From the human T2T-CHM13v2.0 reference genome, Homo sapiens: DNA of 64,000 nucleotides. The stretch lies in assembly GCF_009914755.1 (NCBI RefSeq), contig NC_060926.1; one strand, 5' to 3'. The notes below the pieces were generated by a model. It was not told the origin of the DNA. It saw only the letters and a program-made list of their open reading frames with translations, and searched no databases. Shown here one piece after another: positions 13,426 through 30,276 of the stretch (the stretch's first letter is position 1; each line of letters starts with the position of its first letter). A program made the translations under genes and the position numbers.

Positions 13426-15646
13426 GAAAATGACAGAGGGAAGACAGTGATAGGAAGTGTGAGAAAAGCTGAGGTCCTGCTGCCCATTTGATTTTAGGGT
13501 TTTTTTGGTTTTTATTTTCTCATTTATCTATTTTTATTTTATGCCATAGCAACTACCAATGCCTGGCTAATGTGGAACCACCAGTACAGCCTACCTTTTA
13601 GCTGAGTACTACAGAAGAAAATTCTGCAAGCACAGTCACGTCTTACATGGCCACTAGCAAACATCAAACAATTCAGCATAATGTAAGTACAAACAGTTTT
13701 ATGAGAAATGCTAAAATGTTACCAGCAACCAAAATAATGGTCCAGGCTTTGAACAATGATTCAATTTTAAATCCTTAAAAACAATGCAGCAGTCTGCAAG
13801 TAACAACATTCTCAGAAGAAAATCTCTTAAAGGATTCAGCTAATGCATATGGATGAACCAAAGTCCACTGAGACTTAAAATAATTTTCAAAAGATTCAAG
13901 ATGAATATGATATAGTTTAAATAGTTCTAACAATTTGCATTAATAAGTTCCAACAGCCCTTTGACCTCAAGCAGAGCTGCTTTCCTCCCCACACCACTCC
14001 CCACAAAAGAAATATTCAAGTCATATTCCTTTCTTAAGGATTTATCAATGCAACATCATCCCCCTTGTTGCAAAAAAAAAAAAAAAAAGTTGGTTCTTTT
14101 TACAGTTGCTAGCCATACAAAGCATGTAGTCTACAAGATTAAGGCTCTTTTATTTTTAAGGAATAGCAAGATGTTCTGGTATGCAAATATAAGCAACTCT
14201 CTGTCTACGTCAATGCAGAACACAGACTCAGACGAACCAAAGGTCTGCAACACCCCAGCTCCCTTTTATGAGGAAAGTCCCATGAGCTCTCATCGTTGAC
14301 AAAAAAACACAGCCTACTCTCAGCGGCCTGAGAGTTGATGCATATGAGTGAATCTGTCCTGGTCACTGTTTTCTCGCAATATTTTTTCACTCATTGCTCA
14401 TGAGGTACTCAGCAATACCAGGGCTTTGGCACCAGTAAACTTTCAGGTTACAGGTAGATGATCTACATTTAGGCAAGAGAAATAATAAAAATTGGCAAAA
14501 ATTTTGCATTCACTCTTCAACCTACTCAAATCTGATTTCTGTTTATGAAACATTCTTCAACGGGTCCAAATCACCCCCAAATTGCAAGCTCCCAATCTCC
14601 AGTTGTTCAAGAAATGGTACTGAGTATATAATACAAACCAGACACTGGATATAAGGATAAGTGGCACAGGTTCTCCCAAAAACACTTATAAACTTTTGAG
14701 GAATTGGGGTGTGTAAATCAATAAGAGTACACAGTGTAATAAGTGCTACAAAAGACATATTTTCAACATACTGTAGTTATTGCATAAAAGTTTCAACAAC
14801 TCCACTTGGTCAGAAAAAAAAAAAAGGCAAATAACGAATGGCAATCTTAATCTTGTGAGTACTTAGAGACTCCCTGGGCACTGTGTTATGAGTTTGAAGT
14901 GCCCACAGCACATTCTCTCTTCCCATCCTCACAGCGATCCTATGAAGTGGGTATTTTAAGGCCCACTGTACAGACAAGAAAGCTAAGCCATGCAGATGTT
15001 GATAAAGTAGAGCTAGGAATCCCACCCACAGGTATGTAACTCTAGGAGGATGTGGCATCTGAACCAAGCACAAAAAGAGGGATAGAAAGGGGACAGAGGA
15101 AGGGCAAGAACTCTCCAATGACAAAAGCAAAGGCAGAAAATATTCCTGGTTTCTTTTATTATTGTGCAGGAAATTCAATGTTTACTTATCAAATTAGTCA
15201 TGAATTCATATGTTGAAATTGCATCCTATCTAAAAAGTAATTCAACAATGTTGCTTTTTTCCATTCTTACATTGCATAGATTTTTCCCCCCGCAAACTCA
15301 ACCTACGTGTCTTTTCATTATAAGAAAGAGCTACCTGGGAAGGTGATGTGCCACTAACAGTCTATAGCTGCTTGGTATAGAGAACAATTGCACAATAGTG
15401 AGAACAAATTAAGTTACGGAGAAAATATCTAAAAGAAGACCTTAAAAGATTAATACTTTGTACATCAACAGTGTTTTTAAGAGAGTGGTCTCTGAAGGAA
15501 AGATTTGAAGATTTTGAATATATGGTATATGACGCTCTTCTAAAGGATTTTTTTTTTTTTTTGGTGGAATAGAAGGAACCTGATATTTAAGCTCATATAA
15601 TGAATAAAATCCGGAAAGACTTTCAAGATTATTAAGAAATAAAAAT

Positions 15647-15976
<330 letters not shown>

Positions 15977-17641
15977 TCAATCTAATTTGTTTTGACCAAA
16001 TCACATACAAATCTCCTAAAGAAATACACTATTATATCATTAAGTACACTAACGATTCTACCCTACAGAACAATTTTCTTAAAAAACTGGAATTGTGTGA
16101 CATTACAAATCACAACCACTAGGTGGAATCTCAATTACTGTCGTTCAAGAATCAGGAAGACCATCTGTAATAACCTAGTACTAACTGGAAAGACAAGAAC
16201 TTCTCTTGCTGGGCTATGAAGGATCAAATTCTGTTTTCTTGAAGATGTCAAAAAATTTTACTGGAGATGACACCAAATTCAAGGGGAAGATAAGCAAATG
16301 TTGGAAAACAAAATTAGAATCTAAGAGCATTTCACCCAAATGGAGGTTGAAGAAATAATCTCAATGAAAGATTAAAAAATTTTGGAAGGAAAACAAGCCC
16401 TATGAATCAAATATAAATAACAAATGAGATGTTTACATAGAAATAGTACACAGGTATGACAAAATAATCATCCCTTTTACAATAAATAATTCAAGATGGC
16501 TAATAGCAGTCTTCATTCCTGGCTCCATGAGAAAAGTGATTGATATGGAAAAGATTCAAGGCAAATTCAGCAAATGTAAAGGAATGAAGTGAGCAGCTAC
16601 AAAGAATGGGTACAATTATGGAAACTGTGTTTAAACTAGAGAAGGCTTGCCTACTCAAACTGTAAGTTACTGTGTAAAGGCTTAACAAGTTTCATAAAAA
16701 TTTAAGATCAAAATAAAGGAATCATTTCTAACAGCAGAGTCCTTCCCTGAAAAAGAAAGTTTCAGAAGAGAAGTCAGTTATTACGTTTTAAAATATAAGG
16801 ATCAAATTGGATCCTCAGGTGGATTAGGATAGATAGGAACTTCTCAGAGGCCTCTCCTGGTCTATGCTAGGATAACACCACATACAACCAAGAACCCACA
16901 AAGGGACCTTACCCAGGCAAGGCCATTCACATAATTAACAATCTCCTCTAGGTGACAAAGAACAGTGGGCTCCATGATCACTAACCAGGATATTTCAAAG
17001 TCACAGAAATTAAGAAGGAAGAAAAGGAACTCAGAAAACAGACACACTACAGTGCAGGGCAATAACCCAAGAATAAATAGGAAACACTAATGTTAATTTA
17101 AAGCCATTTGCTTCTGTTTACATGATTAATCTTTTTAAGGTAAAAAATCTCCTTAATCTTCTTTACTGATAATCTTTTAAACAGCACCAACAACTTGTTC
17201 TGCAACTAACAGGAAGCTCATGCAAAATTCAATAGCTCTGCCTAGTTTAGACTGGAGCTAGCAGGATATTCAAATCCTGAGAGGTCAGTTCAACCTACAC
17301 AGTGAAGAATATTAGCTCAGCTTCTGAATGCAGCACTGCCAATTTCTTTTGATTTCTGTTTTACTTCATTTCCTTTGATGACAGAGCCCACACTTAACAA
17401 GCACAGTGAATCTTGTTAACACCACAATTTTTCCTCTGCCTCTCCTTCGTTCTTCACCCACTTCTTTCCCTCTTGGACCCACACCGTCTTTCACTAACAG
17501 GTTGGAAATCTGGGGACCACAGCAGGGTTTCCCAGACAAGAAATACCTTTCCAGTGTCCTCACAAAGCCTTTCCCCATCTACAAACAAAGCTTTGTCATG
17601 GCTCAAACCAGGTCATTAACTCATCCACTAAGTTTCACTTA

Positions 17642-17872
<231 letters not shown>

Positions 17873-18962
17873 TTAGATACAAAGTGCTTTCCCATGATTT
17901 TAACTTTGCAGAAATTGTGTATTTAAAGTATTCATTACCACTGCAAATGTGTTCATGCCCCCTTTAACCTTTTTGTTATTCCATTGACAGAACTTACAAA
18001 ACTTGCTCTATGTGTTAAGAATGATCCCGGACAGAGCTTTCTGGGAACTGGCTCGTGTACTGCCTTGAGGAGCACGTAGCTCCAGCACAGGCTAGTTGGG
18101 AAAGCGGGTGGAGGAGAAGAGAGAGGGCCAGCGAGGCAGTGACTGTTCATGTATACAGGTCATTCATAAGTAAGGAACTGCCTGTACTCAAGGCTTCTGT
18201 AACACATTACTAGCCCTAAAAATAAAACCACAACATCCCAGGAGGTAACATGATTTCCTTTAAAAAAATGAGAAAACATACAGAAAATTGCTAAAAGGCT
18301 TGGCAAAGCTGAGAGAGCAGGACACTGAAGGATAGCCAGAATATAACTGAGTTGCTAAAAACTGTCATCAAATCCAAAGTCCTTGCTGCTTTCGGAGGGG
18401 GACAAAACAAAATAAAATACAACTTTAAATCAAAACGGTAAAAATTCCACTCTTTCATACTAACTTCAAAAGTATTTGCTTTAAAAAAAAAGTGGAAAGT
18501 GTAGAAAACTACTAGCCTGTACAATCAATAAAACTCATTAATGCATAATTCAGCCTTAATTTATGCAAATGCTATACATGTCAAGCCTCTTTTCAAACAC
18601 TTTCAGATGTGTGAATAGATGAAGCGTGAAAGTGACGGCTTATTGTTTGTGGAGGATAATAGCCCACAGGAGAAAGCGGGAGACTGGGAACTCTGAAGAA
18701 AAGTCCTAGAGGACGTCAGGCTGGGACAAGCAAGTGCGACTTTGAATTCAGGTGGGAAACACTGAGAAGAGGCAAAAGAAAGAAAATGAAGAAAGAAAAA
18801 CTGAATAAAAGAAAAAATCCTTCAGCATTACTTCAGTGCTTTTTCTCCAAGAGGTCACTTCAATTGTTTATGCTTCAATTTTAAATTTTCTGCTAGCAAA
18901 ATCCTGTATATGTACCCACACACACACAAATACACTAAAATCCTAACTATGTTAAAAAAATT

Positions 18963-18982
18963 TATATATATATATATATATA
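18963..18982. repeat. (TA)n microsatellite
   Basis: Read directly. Confidence 0.9.
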
Positions 18983-19786
18983 AAAACAATAAAATGAATT
19001 ACACTGAAACCTTAGTAGAGATTGTCTGGTTGATGAGATTACGGATGATTGTTTTTCTTCTTTAGTCTGAGTTGCACATCCAAACTTTCTACAATATGAG
19101 TATACTACTTCTTTTAATCAGTAAAACTCACTTTTTATTCTTGGGTTTTTAAAATAAATCCTCCCAAATTTTTCCAGTAACCATGAAACAATCATAGACC
19201 ATACTCTATGTAAAATAGCATTATAATTTCACTAAACTATTTCAGCCTCAAAACAAAATCCAGTTGGGTAAATAAGCCCTGATACCACTATCTCAGAACT
19301 AAGAGAAATAATGAGGTATAAACCAGTTAAAAGAAGAGCAGAAACGTGAAAATAGCATCCTAAAAACACTGTGGCTCACTTATATCAGATCAGTTGCCAA
19401 CATTACACTATAAGAGCAGGGGTAAAAATGTTGTAGTCCACTTAAAAATAAAGAAAAAAAAAAGCTCTGAAAATCTGGGAAACCCATTTGCAGAGATGAC
19501 ATCACTATAATCTATTTTGAGATATTCTCTGGGAACCTGGCGTTGTTCTGCTATCAAAAGAGTAATGACCAGCATTTGTCATAGCTATCAACCTCCATCA
19601 ACCAATCTGATAACATTATTTTCTTAACTCTGTGCTGAGACTATAAAGCAAGCTTCAAAGCTGGGAATTATGCTACTTTTGTCCTATTCTGTCCACTGAG
19701 AAAATCAGACAATGTTCAACTTGGCTGCGTTCCTCCATTAATTCTCCTCGGGTCTAAGAGAAGAATGAAGATGTTGAAGAGAATTA

Positions 19787-19948
<162 letters not shown>

Positions 19949-20188
19949 CTAAGAAAGAAAGCAGGAAAAAAACACAATCATACAGCAGGCATGTTACACA
20001 TCATCAAGTCCATGTCATGTCAGAAATCCACAGCTGTTGATGTATAACTTTCACGTTAGTTTGCTAATTAGCTAGCAATTGAGAATTAAATCTTAGTTAC
20101 ATTATGCATTCTACTAAAATGCTAGATACAAATGAAATGTTAGCGTATTAATGATCTGTACGATTGTACTATGTCCATCAAAAAGTCA

Positions 20189-20407
<219 letters not shown>

Positions 20408-20795
20408 TTACAGTGGTGATGAACTATTCCAAACATGTCTACGGTGCTCTCTCAGGAAAAAAAAGGAAGACCTGCCCTCTGCTATCCCCTACACCTTGGA
20501 GAATACCATCGCTGGTAATGGGCCACAAGCCTGCCGGTCCAAAAGCTTAGCATACCAAATTAAATATAAAGGGTGTTAGCTTTTAGCTGAGGTATATAAA
20601 GATAAGATATATAAAGCCAACATGCCCGAGTATGTCCATATGCAAAAAAGCTTAGTCAGCAAAGACTGATTTTCTGGACAATTTTCATAAGTACAGAGGC
20701 AATGGATTGTACAAGTAAATAATATTTTTCTTAACTTTAACTCATTATATATAGAAGTTAATTTTATAAGAAGATGAATTAATTAGGCATACTGT

Positions 20796-21030
20796 ACAGA
20801 TTGAGCATCCGGAAATGCTTGCGACCAGAAATGTTTTAGATTTTGGATTTTTTCTCATTTTAAAATACTTGCATTATATACTAAACTAGTTAAGTACCCC
20901 TCATTCGAAAACCAGAAATCTGAAATGTACCCGTGAACATTTCCTTTGAATGTCACCTCACATTCAAAAAGTTTCAGAATTTGGAACATTTGAGATTTCA
21001 CATATTCTGATTTAGGGATACTCAACCTAT
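20796..21030. mobile_element. TcMar-Tigger MITE (Tigger4/MER46-like)
   Basis: Terminal inverted repeats cagattgagcatcc...ggatactcaacct flanked by TA; internal gaccagaaatgttttagattttgg. Confidence 0.7.
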
Positions 21031-22988
21031 ATATACATACAGGCACATGTGTAAAAATTCTATTTGTATGTACAGTACAGAAGGGAATGCCTGGCAATTA
21101 TTAACGTACTATTCTTGCTTTCATTTTTACACAGTGGTTAAAAGTAGTTGATAAGTTAAAGTACCAATTACTCAAGACTAGTGTACCTATCAATGATAGC
21201 CAGGTCAAGGACTACTTGATAGCGAGCTGGTGGGTAGTAATAAAAACAGGTAGGCAACACATCAAAACACCACAGCGCAATGTGCAGTCTGAGCCCCTGC
21301 AAATCGCTCTCATACGCTTTTCCTTTGCGAGTCCCCCTTGTTGGCTGTCAGGGTGACAGCAATTACCAAAAAACACCCTCAAGTACAAACCAAGGTCAAA
21401 ATGTATTAGCATTTGCTGTAGGCCTATAAGGTTAGTTTATGCAATTGTGACTTAATAACATTGTAACTGGTTTCCTGAGTAGAAATACATTGAATGTTGC
21501 ATTTTATTTATATTTAAATTTACTCATACTCCCAACAGGATTTCAACTACAAATAAAAGGAATGAAAATTGACAAATGGAGTCTTTGTTCCAACTGCTAC
21601 TCTCATGTTCATATTGAATAAAAGTATATATGTTTAAACTGCTAAATAACTTAATATGCATATATGTTTCCAACTCTAAAGCCCTTTTAATTCTTATACT
21701 GCAGCCAGAAAACTGAAGTCTTGTGAAAAGAAATCTCTGGAACCAGTCAGTCTCCTGTGGGTGGGAGAAGATACAATTCATTCTCTTAGAGAAGAGTTAG
21801 GTGAATTAAAATATTTGTAAGCATCTACTATATCTGCTGGAAAAAATATATATGATAAAACTTTGAAAGCTACTAATTTCAACTTAATTTATATTTCTAA
21901 AAAGAAGTTCAACGATGAATCCAACATTTCATTTTTATTAAAATGATTTTATAATATAATATGAAATAAATACATATCATCTATAAATTAAGGATACAGG
22001 TAAAAGCTGCTTTAAGGAAAAATTGATTATTTTAAATGCAATTGAAGCAACTCTGCACCCTAAAGTATCTTCCTAAAAGACATAATCCAGGTAAAAATCC
22101 ATAGTTAACATTAGATATATTTCCACTTCCTTAAAAATACTACCTGCTTACATTACACATTTTAAAAAGTTAGAAAACAGCTGAAAAAGATGTATAGTAG
22201 CCATTTATTATTGACAATACCCTTTCAATATATCTGTAATGATACATATATTCAGAGCCTCCACTTTGAACACTCACTTTAAAGTCATAAACAGATGGCT
22301 AAATGTCTTTAAAACTCAGAACAAAAATTTCAGGAGCAGAAAACAACAATCCTAATATCTACTCCCTCTATGACTACAGAAGAAATATACATTTTGCTCC
22401 TATGTACGGCTGATGTGTATACAGATTATATGTACTCAGTAACAGAACATTTTGAGCAAAGTACATAGTGTGCTTATGTTATATACACAAAAAATTGGTA
22501 TATTATATTGAGATAGCTTGCATATGACAGTTAGAACAAGGTGGCAGAACTGTAACAGTGAAAAGCTGTCCTTGTTTCCTAAGGGGTACATCTATACAGC
22601 CAAAGGGAATGCAGCCAGATTCACTTGGGTACAAAACCACAGACATTTCTCTAGAAACACAGAATCAAAGGCTACACATAAAGTTAGCCAGTCCATCTCC
22701 CTGCCTCCAGGAATAACTGGAGGATATGGGTAAATGCTGCTTTAAGAAAAACAACAACAACAACAAATAATGCTGTCATCCTAATAACAAAAAGGGTCTA
22801 AGACCTTCTGAATCCATCCACTTCTTTGCTCCTCCACAGCCACTGCCTTCATTTAATCCACCACTACTTCTTGCTAAGATTTCTGCAGCAGCCTCCTAAG
22901 TTCCCATCTCCCTTCTTTCCCCAGATCCAGGCTCCAGCAACCAGGCCTTTCTATGTCACAGGCCTGAGCCCTCCTTAAAAGACTTTCA

Positions 22989-23402
<414 letters not shown>

Positions 23403-23851
23403 TTATTCCCTGATCCCATCACCTCCTTGGCCTCACCAGCATTGCCCTTGCACATGATGCTTTGTCGTCTAGGTACATCAACCCTCCATGCTGAACAGGT
23501 GCACCAGCAGAAGGCTTTCTGCATGACCTTGTTAATGACACAGCATCTCCGGCACCCTGGCTCTTGGTGAGTAGTTTGATGTGCATTCATCACCTTTGCG
23601 TAATTTGATTTCAGTAACATTGGTCATGGTCTAGTTTTGATGTGTGAATGCTACTAAGCCTTGAGGAGGATCTGCAGGTATGGTTATCTGATTTGGAGAG
23701 TGGCAGATCTACTAGGAAACATTACAGGACTAATGGGCAAGATCTGAGTGTTAACAGTGATTAGGCCTAAGGCTAGACTATTACCCAACTGTATGACTCC
23801 CGAAAGGGACTTAAACTTTCTGGGCCTTATTGGGCTTCTTATTTAGGCCTA

Positions 23852-24240
<389 letters not shown>

Positions 24241-24391
24241 TAGGTAGATCGATAAGCTACTCACTGCCTTTTCATAAGCAAGGCAAGCAGGCTGAGGGGA
24301 TAAGCATAAATATTTTACAGTGGCAGAGATAAAATAGGAGAAGACATGTTTCTTGACTTCAACAATATTTGTCGGGCATGATAGTTCATTA

Positions 24392-24551
24392 GGTGGGTGC
24401 GGTGGCATGCAACTGTAATTTCAGCTACTCAGGAGGATGAAATGGGAGAATCGCTTGAGCCCAGGAGGTCGAGGACGCAGTAAGCCATGATCATGCCACT
24501 GCACTCCAGTCTAGGCAACAGTGAGCCCCTGTCTCAGAAAAAAAAAAAAAA
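24392..24551 (+). mobile_element. Alu monomer (FRAM or right arm)
   Basis: Single right-arm monomer with poly(A). Confidence 0.85.
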
Positions 24552-24789
24552 GAATATTCCCACCTAAGTAGGATAAGATGTATAAAATCAAATACTACAT
24601 TGTCTGTGTAGAAGCAGAGGAGCTATAACCATAATGGTCATAGAAGACTATCTCCAAAGTGGGTCTTGGAGCCAGCCTTCAAGATGAGGTGAAGACTTGG
24701 ATGAGCAAGTCCAACAGGAAACAAATTCCAGACAAAGAAACGGCATGAGCAAAGCACAAGTGTGGAGCCAAGAAGAAAAACTGACAGCT

Positions 24790-25210
24790 GCAAGGGTCAA
24801 AAACTCAAAACACCTACAGCAGCCAGGCAGGAATACAATGGAGAAAAGAGGGTCCTGAAAAACAACAGCTACAGTCTCAGTGACAAGGGCCCTTGATGCT
24901 CAGTCTCTGTGACGGGAGACTTTAGGAGTGCTGGGCCCTGTGTGAAGCCCTGGAGCCCACTGTCAGCACCCTCCCACCAAGGTCCAAGGCAGGCCCCTGC
25001 TGCTTGGCACCAGAAGAAAGTTGCCATAGAGAAATGTAGACCCAGGATTGCTGGATATCCCAGTTTTCCCAAAAAAGCCAAACATTGGAATCTTTATGAA
25101 AAAGCTCCCTTTCTTACTGTAGTTGGCAACAAATTCATTTTTAAAAAAATGGAAAAGCGATTTCTCCTGCCTAATTTAGTCCGCAAAACTAAAGTCTGCC
25201 AACTGTGTGG
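24790..25210. mobile_element. hAT-like DNA transposon remnant
   Basis: agggtcaaaaactcaaa...cagccaggcagg end and gttgccatagagaaatgtag motif resemble hAT-Charlie MER elements. Confidence 0.4.
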
Positions 25211-28200
25211 TTATGATGTCTAAAATGTACCTAAAATACTTCAACATATGCCATGTGATATTATGTTTGTGATACCACAACCTAGGTGGTCAGCTGGCAT
25301 TCTAACCAAGAATGTCCAGTGCTGGGGGGGTTCTGATAGCACTCGACTCAGGATGCCAGAGGCAGCTGCTGGAAGTATTTCTATTATCCAAATCTAAATA
25401 TAGATGAGCATAAGCCAGGTGACTGATTGTCCAAAGGGGTTATTATTAGGGAAAACAGTGACCTGTTGAGAGGTATGATACATGTTAGAAATGGGCTTTC
25501 ACTGCTGAAAATAAAGGTTCTTAGCACCAGAGAGTGGCTAAAATATTTTAGATATACTCCTTACTCTTGCATGAACAGAATAAAACAATCCAGTCCAGCC
25601 CAACTGTAGACTATACCCTAGCCAGTTCTGTGGATGGCTGGATTCCTAGTAGCAAGCATAAGGATAAAACAAAAACTGCATCTGGAATCTTGGCATGTCT
25701 GCCTCTAATGAATTTTTCATTCACCTATGAGGAAAAAGAACTGGGATTTCCTTGAGCTTACAGAACAAATTGTGAGAACTGTTTAGGGGCTTGCTTGCTA
25801 ATGAAGGGCAAAATTTGGTCTGAAAGTTGATTTCTCTAAAACCTGTAAGGGAAGCTGTGGGTGAGTACCCAAGCCTCACCTACCTCAAACTTCTACAGTA
25901 TCTGCTATTCTCTTTGAAAAGGAACCTGAGTTGTGCATGAACAACATTGACTCTCTTTGATCAGAGAGTAACGGGATCAACGTTTGAGAGTTCAGAGCTT
26001 CCTAAAATGTAGCTACAATGAGTTAAAAGAGACACTGATGCCTAAGTGGCTGGGTGGGAGTCTGGAGCAATAGGAGCCCCCATAGCTTCAGGGGACCCTG
26101 AGAGTTCTTTCCTACAAGCAGCTTCTTTTCCACAGAGGCCATTATTTTTAAAAGCAGGGAAGTACTGGGTGAGATTGTTGAGGGGCCCAACCAACCACAG
26201 AGTCTGAGCACCAGGTAAGGGAATTTGTACCTGATTCAATTAACAGCTGTTGTTCCCTCTCTCGTTAGAGAAGAACAACATTTGGAAAAAGTGACCATGC
26301 AGGGATGTTCAAGAAAGGAAAAAGACTAGAAGCAGAGAAGACCACAACCATAGCCCAGGAGCAAAATCAACAGAGCCTGTATATGAATAGAGAGGTTGGA
26401 AATGGAGAGGATTAGACCAATTCTTAAGAAAATACGATGATTTAGTAGATATTGGAATTAAGAAAAGAGGAAGGAATAAAAAGATTAGATGACTTGCCAA
26501 GGAACACACAGCAAGTTATTGAAGGTCTGAATAAAATTCACAGTCCTTCAGAAAGGAGTCAGCCACTTAGCCCTAGTCTCCTCTTCCGGAAAGTTCAGTG
26601 TATTTTTCTTTATTGAGAAGGAAATGCAAAATGCAATAATGGGGTTAAGATTCCGCAACTCCTAAGCTCTTCTCTGAGTAAAGATCAAGTTGTGATTACC
26701 CAACACAGAAAAACTGGTTTGAGGTTCACTGGTTAATCCTAAATGTCATATTTATATCATGAAAACCTATCTCTTTATAATTTGGTTTGATTCCCAGTTG
26801 TTGTTTTTTTCTCATGAGAGACTCTCAAGACTTGACTGACAAAATTGAAATGTTCTTCTAAACACCCGGGAACATTTTCAGGGCTGCCAGCATCCGGCCT
26901 TCCCGAGTCCCACAGGTTTCCTTAAAATGTTATACCACCAACGTTGGATGATTAAAGAAGTACATTGTGACTTCAGTTATGCAAACTGTATAATAATGAG
27001 TAGAAAACAGAAGCAAATATTTTCTTAATTCTGTTGGGAACAGACTAAAGAGAGCATTTTTTTTAACCATGTATTTCCTTATTTTCATATTATTTTTGTA
27101 CTAGGATGTGTGTCAGTGGTGCAGCACCTACTTATGCCCGGTACACATGGGTGTGCACAATTGTGTACATGTACGGAGTGGGTTTAGATACCACAGGCTA
27201 ACAGAGTTTTGATTTAGACATAATCCTGCCTTGCAGTGAGAGCTAACATGGGGGAATATATTAACTAAAATAGAATGACTATGACATGACCTAAACAACA
27301 TAAATACAAGAAACATGCTAATGGGCCCAGTATACTACACTCAGCACTAAAAGCACCATCTTCTGCTGCTAATTCCCAGGGCCCTTTCACCCGATTTTCT
27401 TGGTGAAAGAAGAAAAACACAGACCAGGGAAAGTCAGGGCTTTAGCAGTTAGCAGTTACAGAATCAGAGGCATGCCTCTTCCAACTGCAATCCAGACTTA
27501 CTTATTACATCCAGATTAATCTTCCTAAAGTGCAGTTTCTGATCATAGCACTCTCTGGTCAAAATCCTTCTCCCTCCAGGGCATTTGAGAATAACAAGAA
27601 AGCTCATCCTAGGCCATAATTCGGCATTTATATGGAAGCCAACAGGATTCTAGTATTGTTTCCTTCTGATTGCAATGCTTATTCAATTATGGTATACTTT
27701 AGCAAAGTGCTTTCGCTCCCTTAACTGACCAAATCACCATTTCTGCTTTAAGTTTATGTATAATTAAATCCAGCCTTTGGATACTAATTCTTCTGTTTGT
27801 TTTCTTTTTGTTTATAGAGGAAATAAGCACAACTTTTTTCCTGGAGCCTGACCATCATCAGAATGTCACCAGACCTCTGGGCACTGAAAGCCAACTCTGA
27901 GTGCAAACTGGGAGGGCCACCCCTTCCCTCCAACCTACTAGGAAACCCTGCAATCCAAAGCAGGAGAAAGCTTTCTGCTGTCCTGACTCAAAGGAGGCAG
28001 AGGGATAACTTAAGTCTTCCAGGTGGACGTTGCGCTTCTGGGCACCTGCGCTGTGCTCAGCAGAACACAGCATAGCTCAGAGCAAGAAGAAGAGCAGAAA
28101 GCTCAGCAGGACAAGTCAAGATGCAACAAGACCTGCAGCAGCAGCCACCCACACTCACTGAGCTGGCTTCCTTCTTGAAATAATGCCACTTTGCACATAG

Positions 28201-28572
28201 GAGTAGTTTTCCTTCTATTATTATAGTGGTATTCCAGCACACCCACGGCCAAAGAGGCCAGATAGCAACGTGTGTGATGTAACATATGTGGCCCCTATTC
28301 AGAGGCATACTGTGGGATCCTGATTCTAGTAAGTCTGCCATCAATAATCCCTAAAACTAACAGAAAGAAGACAGGCTGCAAGGGAAGACACAGTGCATAC
28401 AAAGGAGCCATGTTTCCGCTCCAAAGAGGTGCTTTAAAATTGAACAGGCCTGAATGTTAAGTCCCAATGACACTCCCTGCTCGTTTCCTTCTTTGAGCAA
28501 CAGGTCCTCAAGCTTTACCATGAGGAGCTTAGAATATGATAACTTCTCAGTATCAGTTCTTGGAGCACACAC

Positions 28573-29131
28573 TGTTGGCTGACTACCCAACATCCATATC
28601 CTGTTCTTTCCTACCAGAATCTTGATTTTGTTTGCCAGGCCTTGGGAGATTCACCTTATTGATCTAAGCCAATAATGGCATATGGTTCTTTTTCACCAGT
28701 GAATGGTCTGTGGCTCTGCCCTAGTCCTGACCTGTAAGATCCAAAGGTAATACAGTACAGGCCCTTGCAGTGAAGTTTTTCTCCTGAATAAAATAACCAT
28801 CCTACAGGGCTCCTTTGCTCCCCATTCTCCTTCCTGTTTGAGAATGGTCATGTGAAGAGGTGATGCTGGCAGTGATGACAGCCCATGAAGATGTGATGTA
28901 TGGGAGTGATACAGCCCATGCTGGCAGGTGCTGCCCAATCCCCACTGGCAGTGCAGAAGGGGAAGAAGGAAAGAGTCCATGACCTCTGTGACATCTCTAG
29001 GTCCCCTGCACCAACTATGAAACCAAATGCCCAGACTTCTTGCTACGTGAGATAATTAACGTTTCTGCTGCTTAATCTCCTTTCAGACCAGTACTCTGTT
29101 ATTTGTACCCAAAGCCTTCTTAACTCTTACA
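28573..29131 (+). mobile_element. MaLR solo LTR (MLT1J/K-like)
   Basis: TG...CA ends; cccagacttcttgctacgtgagataatt and tactctgttatttgtacccaaa near the 3' end. Confidence 0.65.
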
Positions 29132-29509
29132 GTCTCCTGCCTTTCCTCAGTCTAGCCACACTGATTCACACTTCCTGACTGCTAAGGGTTAACCATTGCA
29201 TCAGAGGCCAAAGTCACTGCAATCCCCAAAAGGACTTGGTAAAAAATTAGCAAGAAAACCGTTTAGCACACAGTGCAATTTTGGATTTTAAAACAGCTCC
29301 AGTATCAAGCATGGCTTTTCATGCCAGAAGCACAAATTAAAATAAGTAAATGCAGAGGCATCTCAAGGGGGAAGAAAACATACTGCAAGAAGAATCTAAT
29401 TCGCTTTTTTGCCAGTAGTTGCTGCTGGGGCTATATTTACATAAACCTACACCAAAGAAAATAGCACACTTCTAGGAAAATAGGAAACAGAAGTAAGTTC
29501 GACATCCTA

Positions 29510-29680
29510 GTCTAGACCCTTGTAATTCAAAGTGGGGTCCATAAACCAGACCAGCATTACCTGTGAGGCTTTAAATGCAGAATCTTGAGTCCCACTCTAG
29601 ACCTACTGAATCAGAATCTGGATTGCAGCAAAATCCCCAGCTGACTTGAACGCACATCGAAGAAGAGAAGCACTACTCTA
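29510..29680. mobile_element. MER5-like hAT MITE
   Basis: aaatgcagaatct...agacctactgaatcagaatctg. Confidence 0.75.
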
Positions 29681-30199
29681 GATTACTGTCCTCCTAGCAG
29701 GCACTATGGCGTGATTCAGTGGGACTGGAAGATCTCAATGCACAGCCAACTCCACAGGTTCCTCTTTCACCTCTCAGATGAAGAGAACCATGGCAGTCGA
29801 GGAAGAGTAGCAGGAAAAAAGTAGTTAAGTGTGCATGTTCATGTATCTTATGACACAGTTAGTCCAAGGGCAATTCTAAAAACATAAATCATATCCCACA
29901 CAGAATTGTCTAACCCAGCGATTCTCAACTATGTCTCATATGTGCAGTAGAATAAATTCATATACATGGCACACCTCTTTGGGAATACACAGATTTTTAT
30001 GAAATCTTTGTTAAGTGCATGAAAATAATTTATAATCACAATACTTACTAACAGTTTATCAGTAACAGTTGCTCACTGCAGGTGTGATGGTACTGGGAGA
30101 GAGGCTATAGGTAAACATGATTCTTTGCACAGATTTATGTGGCACTACTCCTTTCTCTCTCATTTGTGAAAACCTCTAATGAATTGTGTAAGGGTGATA

Positions 30200-30276
30200 T
30201 CAGGTTGGTGCAAAGGTAATTGCGGTTTTAAATTAAAAGCAATGGCAATAACCGCATTACCTTTGCACCAACCTGA
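30200..30276. mobile_element. MADE1 (Hsmar1-derived MITE)
   Basis: About 80-bp palindrome with ggttggtgcaaa / tttgcaccaacc TIRs and TA target duplication. Confidence 0.92.

Noticed and set aside
18536-18571. Octamer ATGCAAAT with neighbouring TAAT cores
   Set aside because: The octamer recurs several times in this AT-rich window, so it cannot support an enhancer call without other data.
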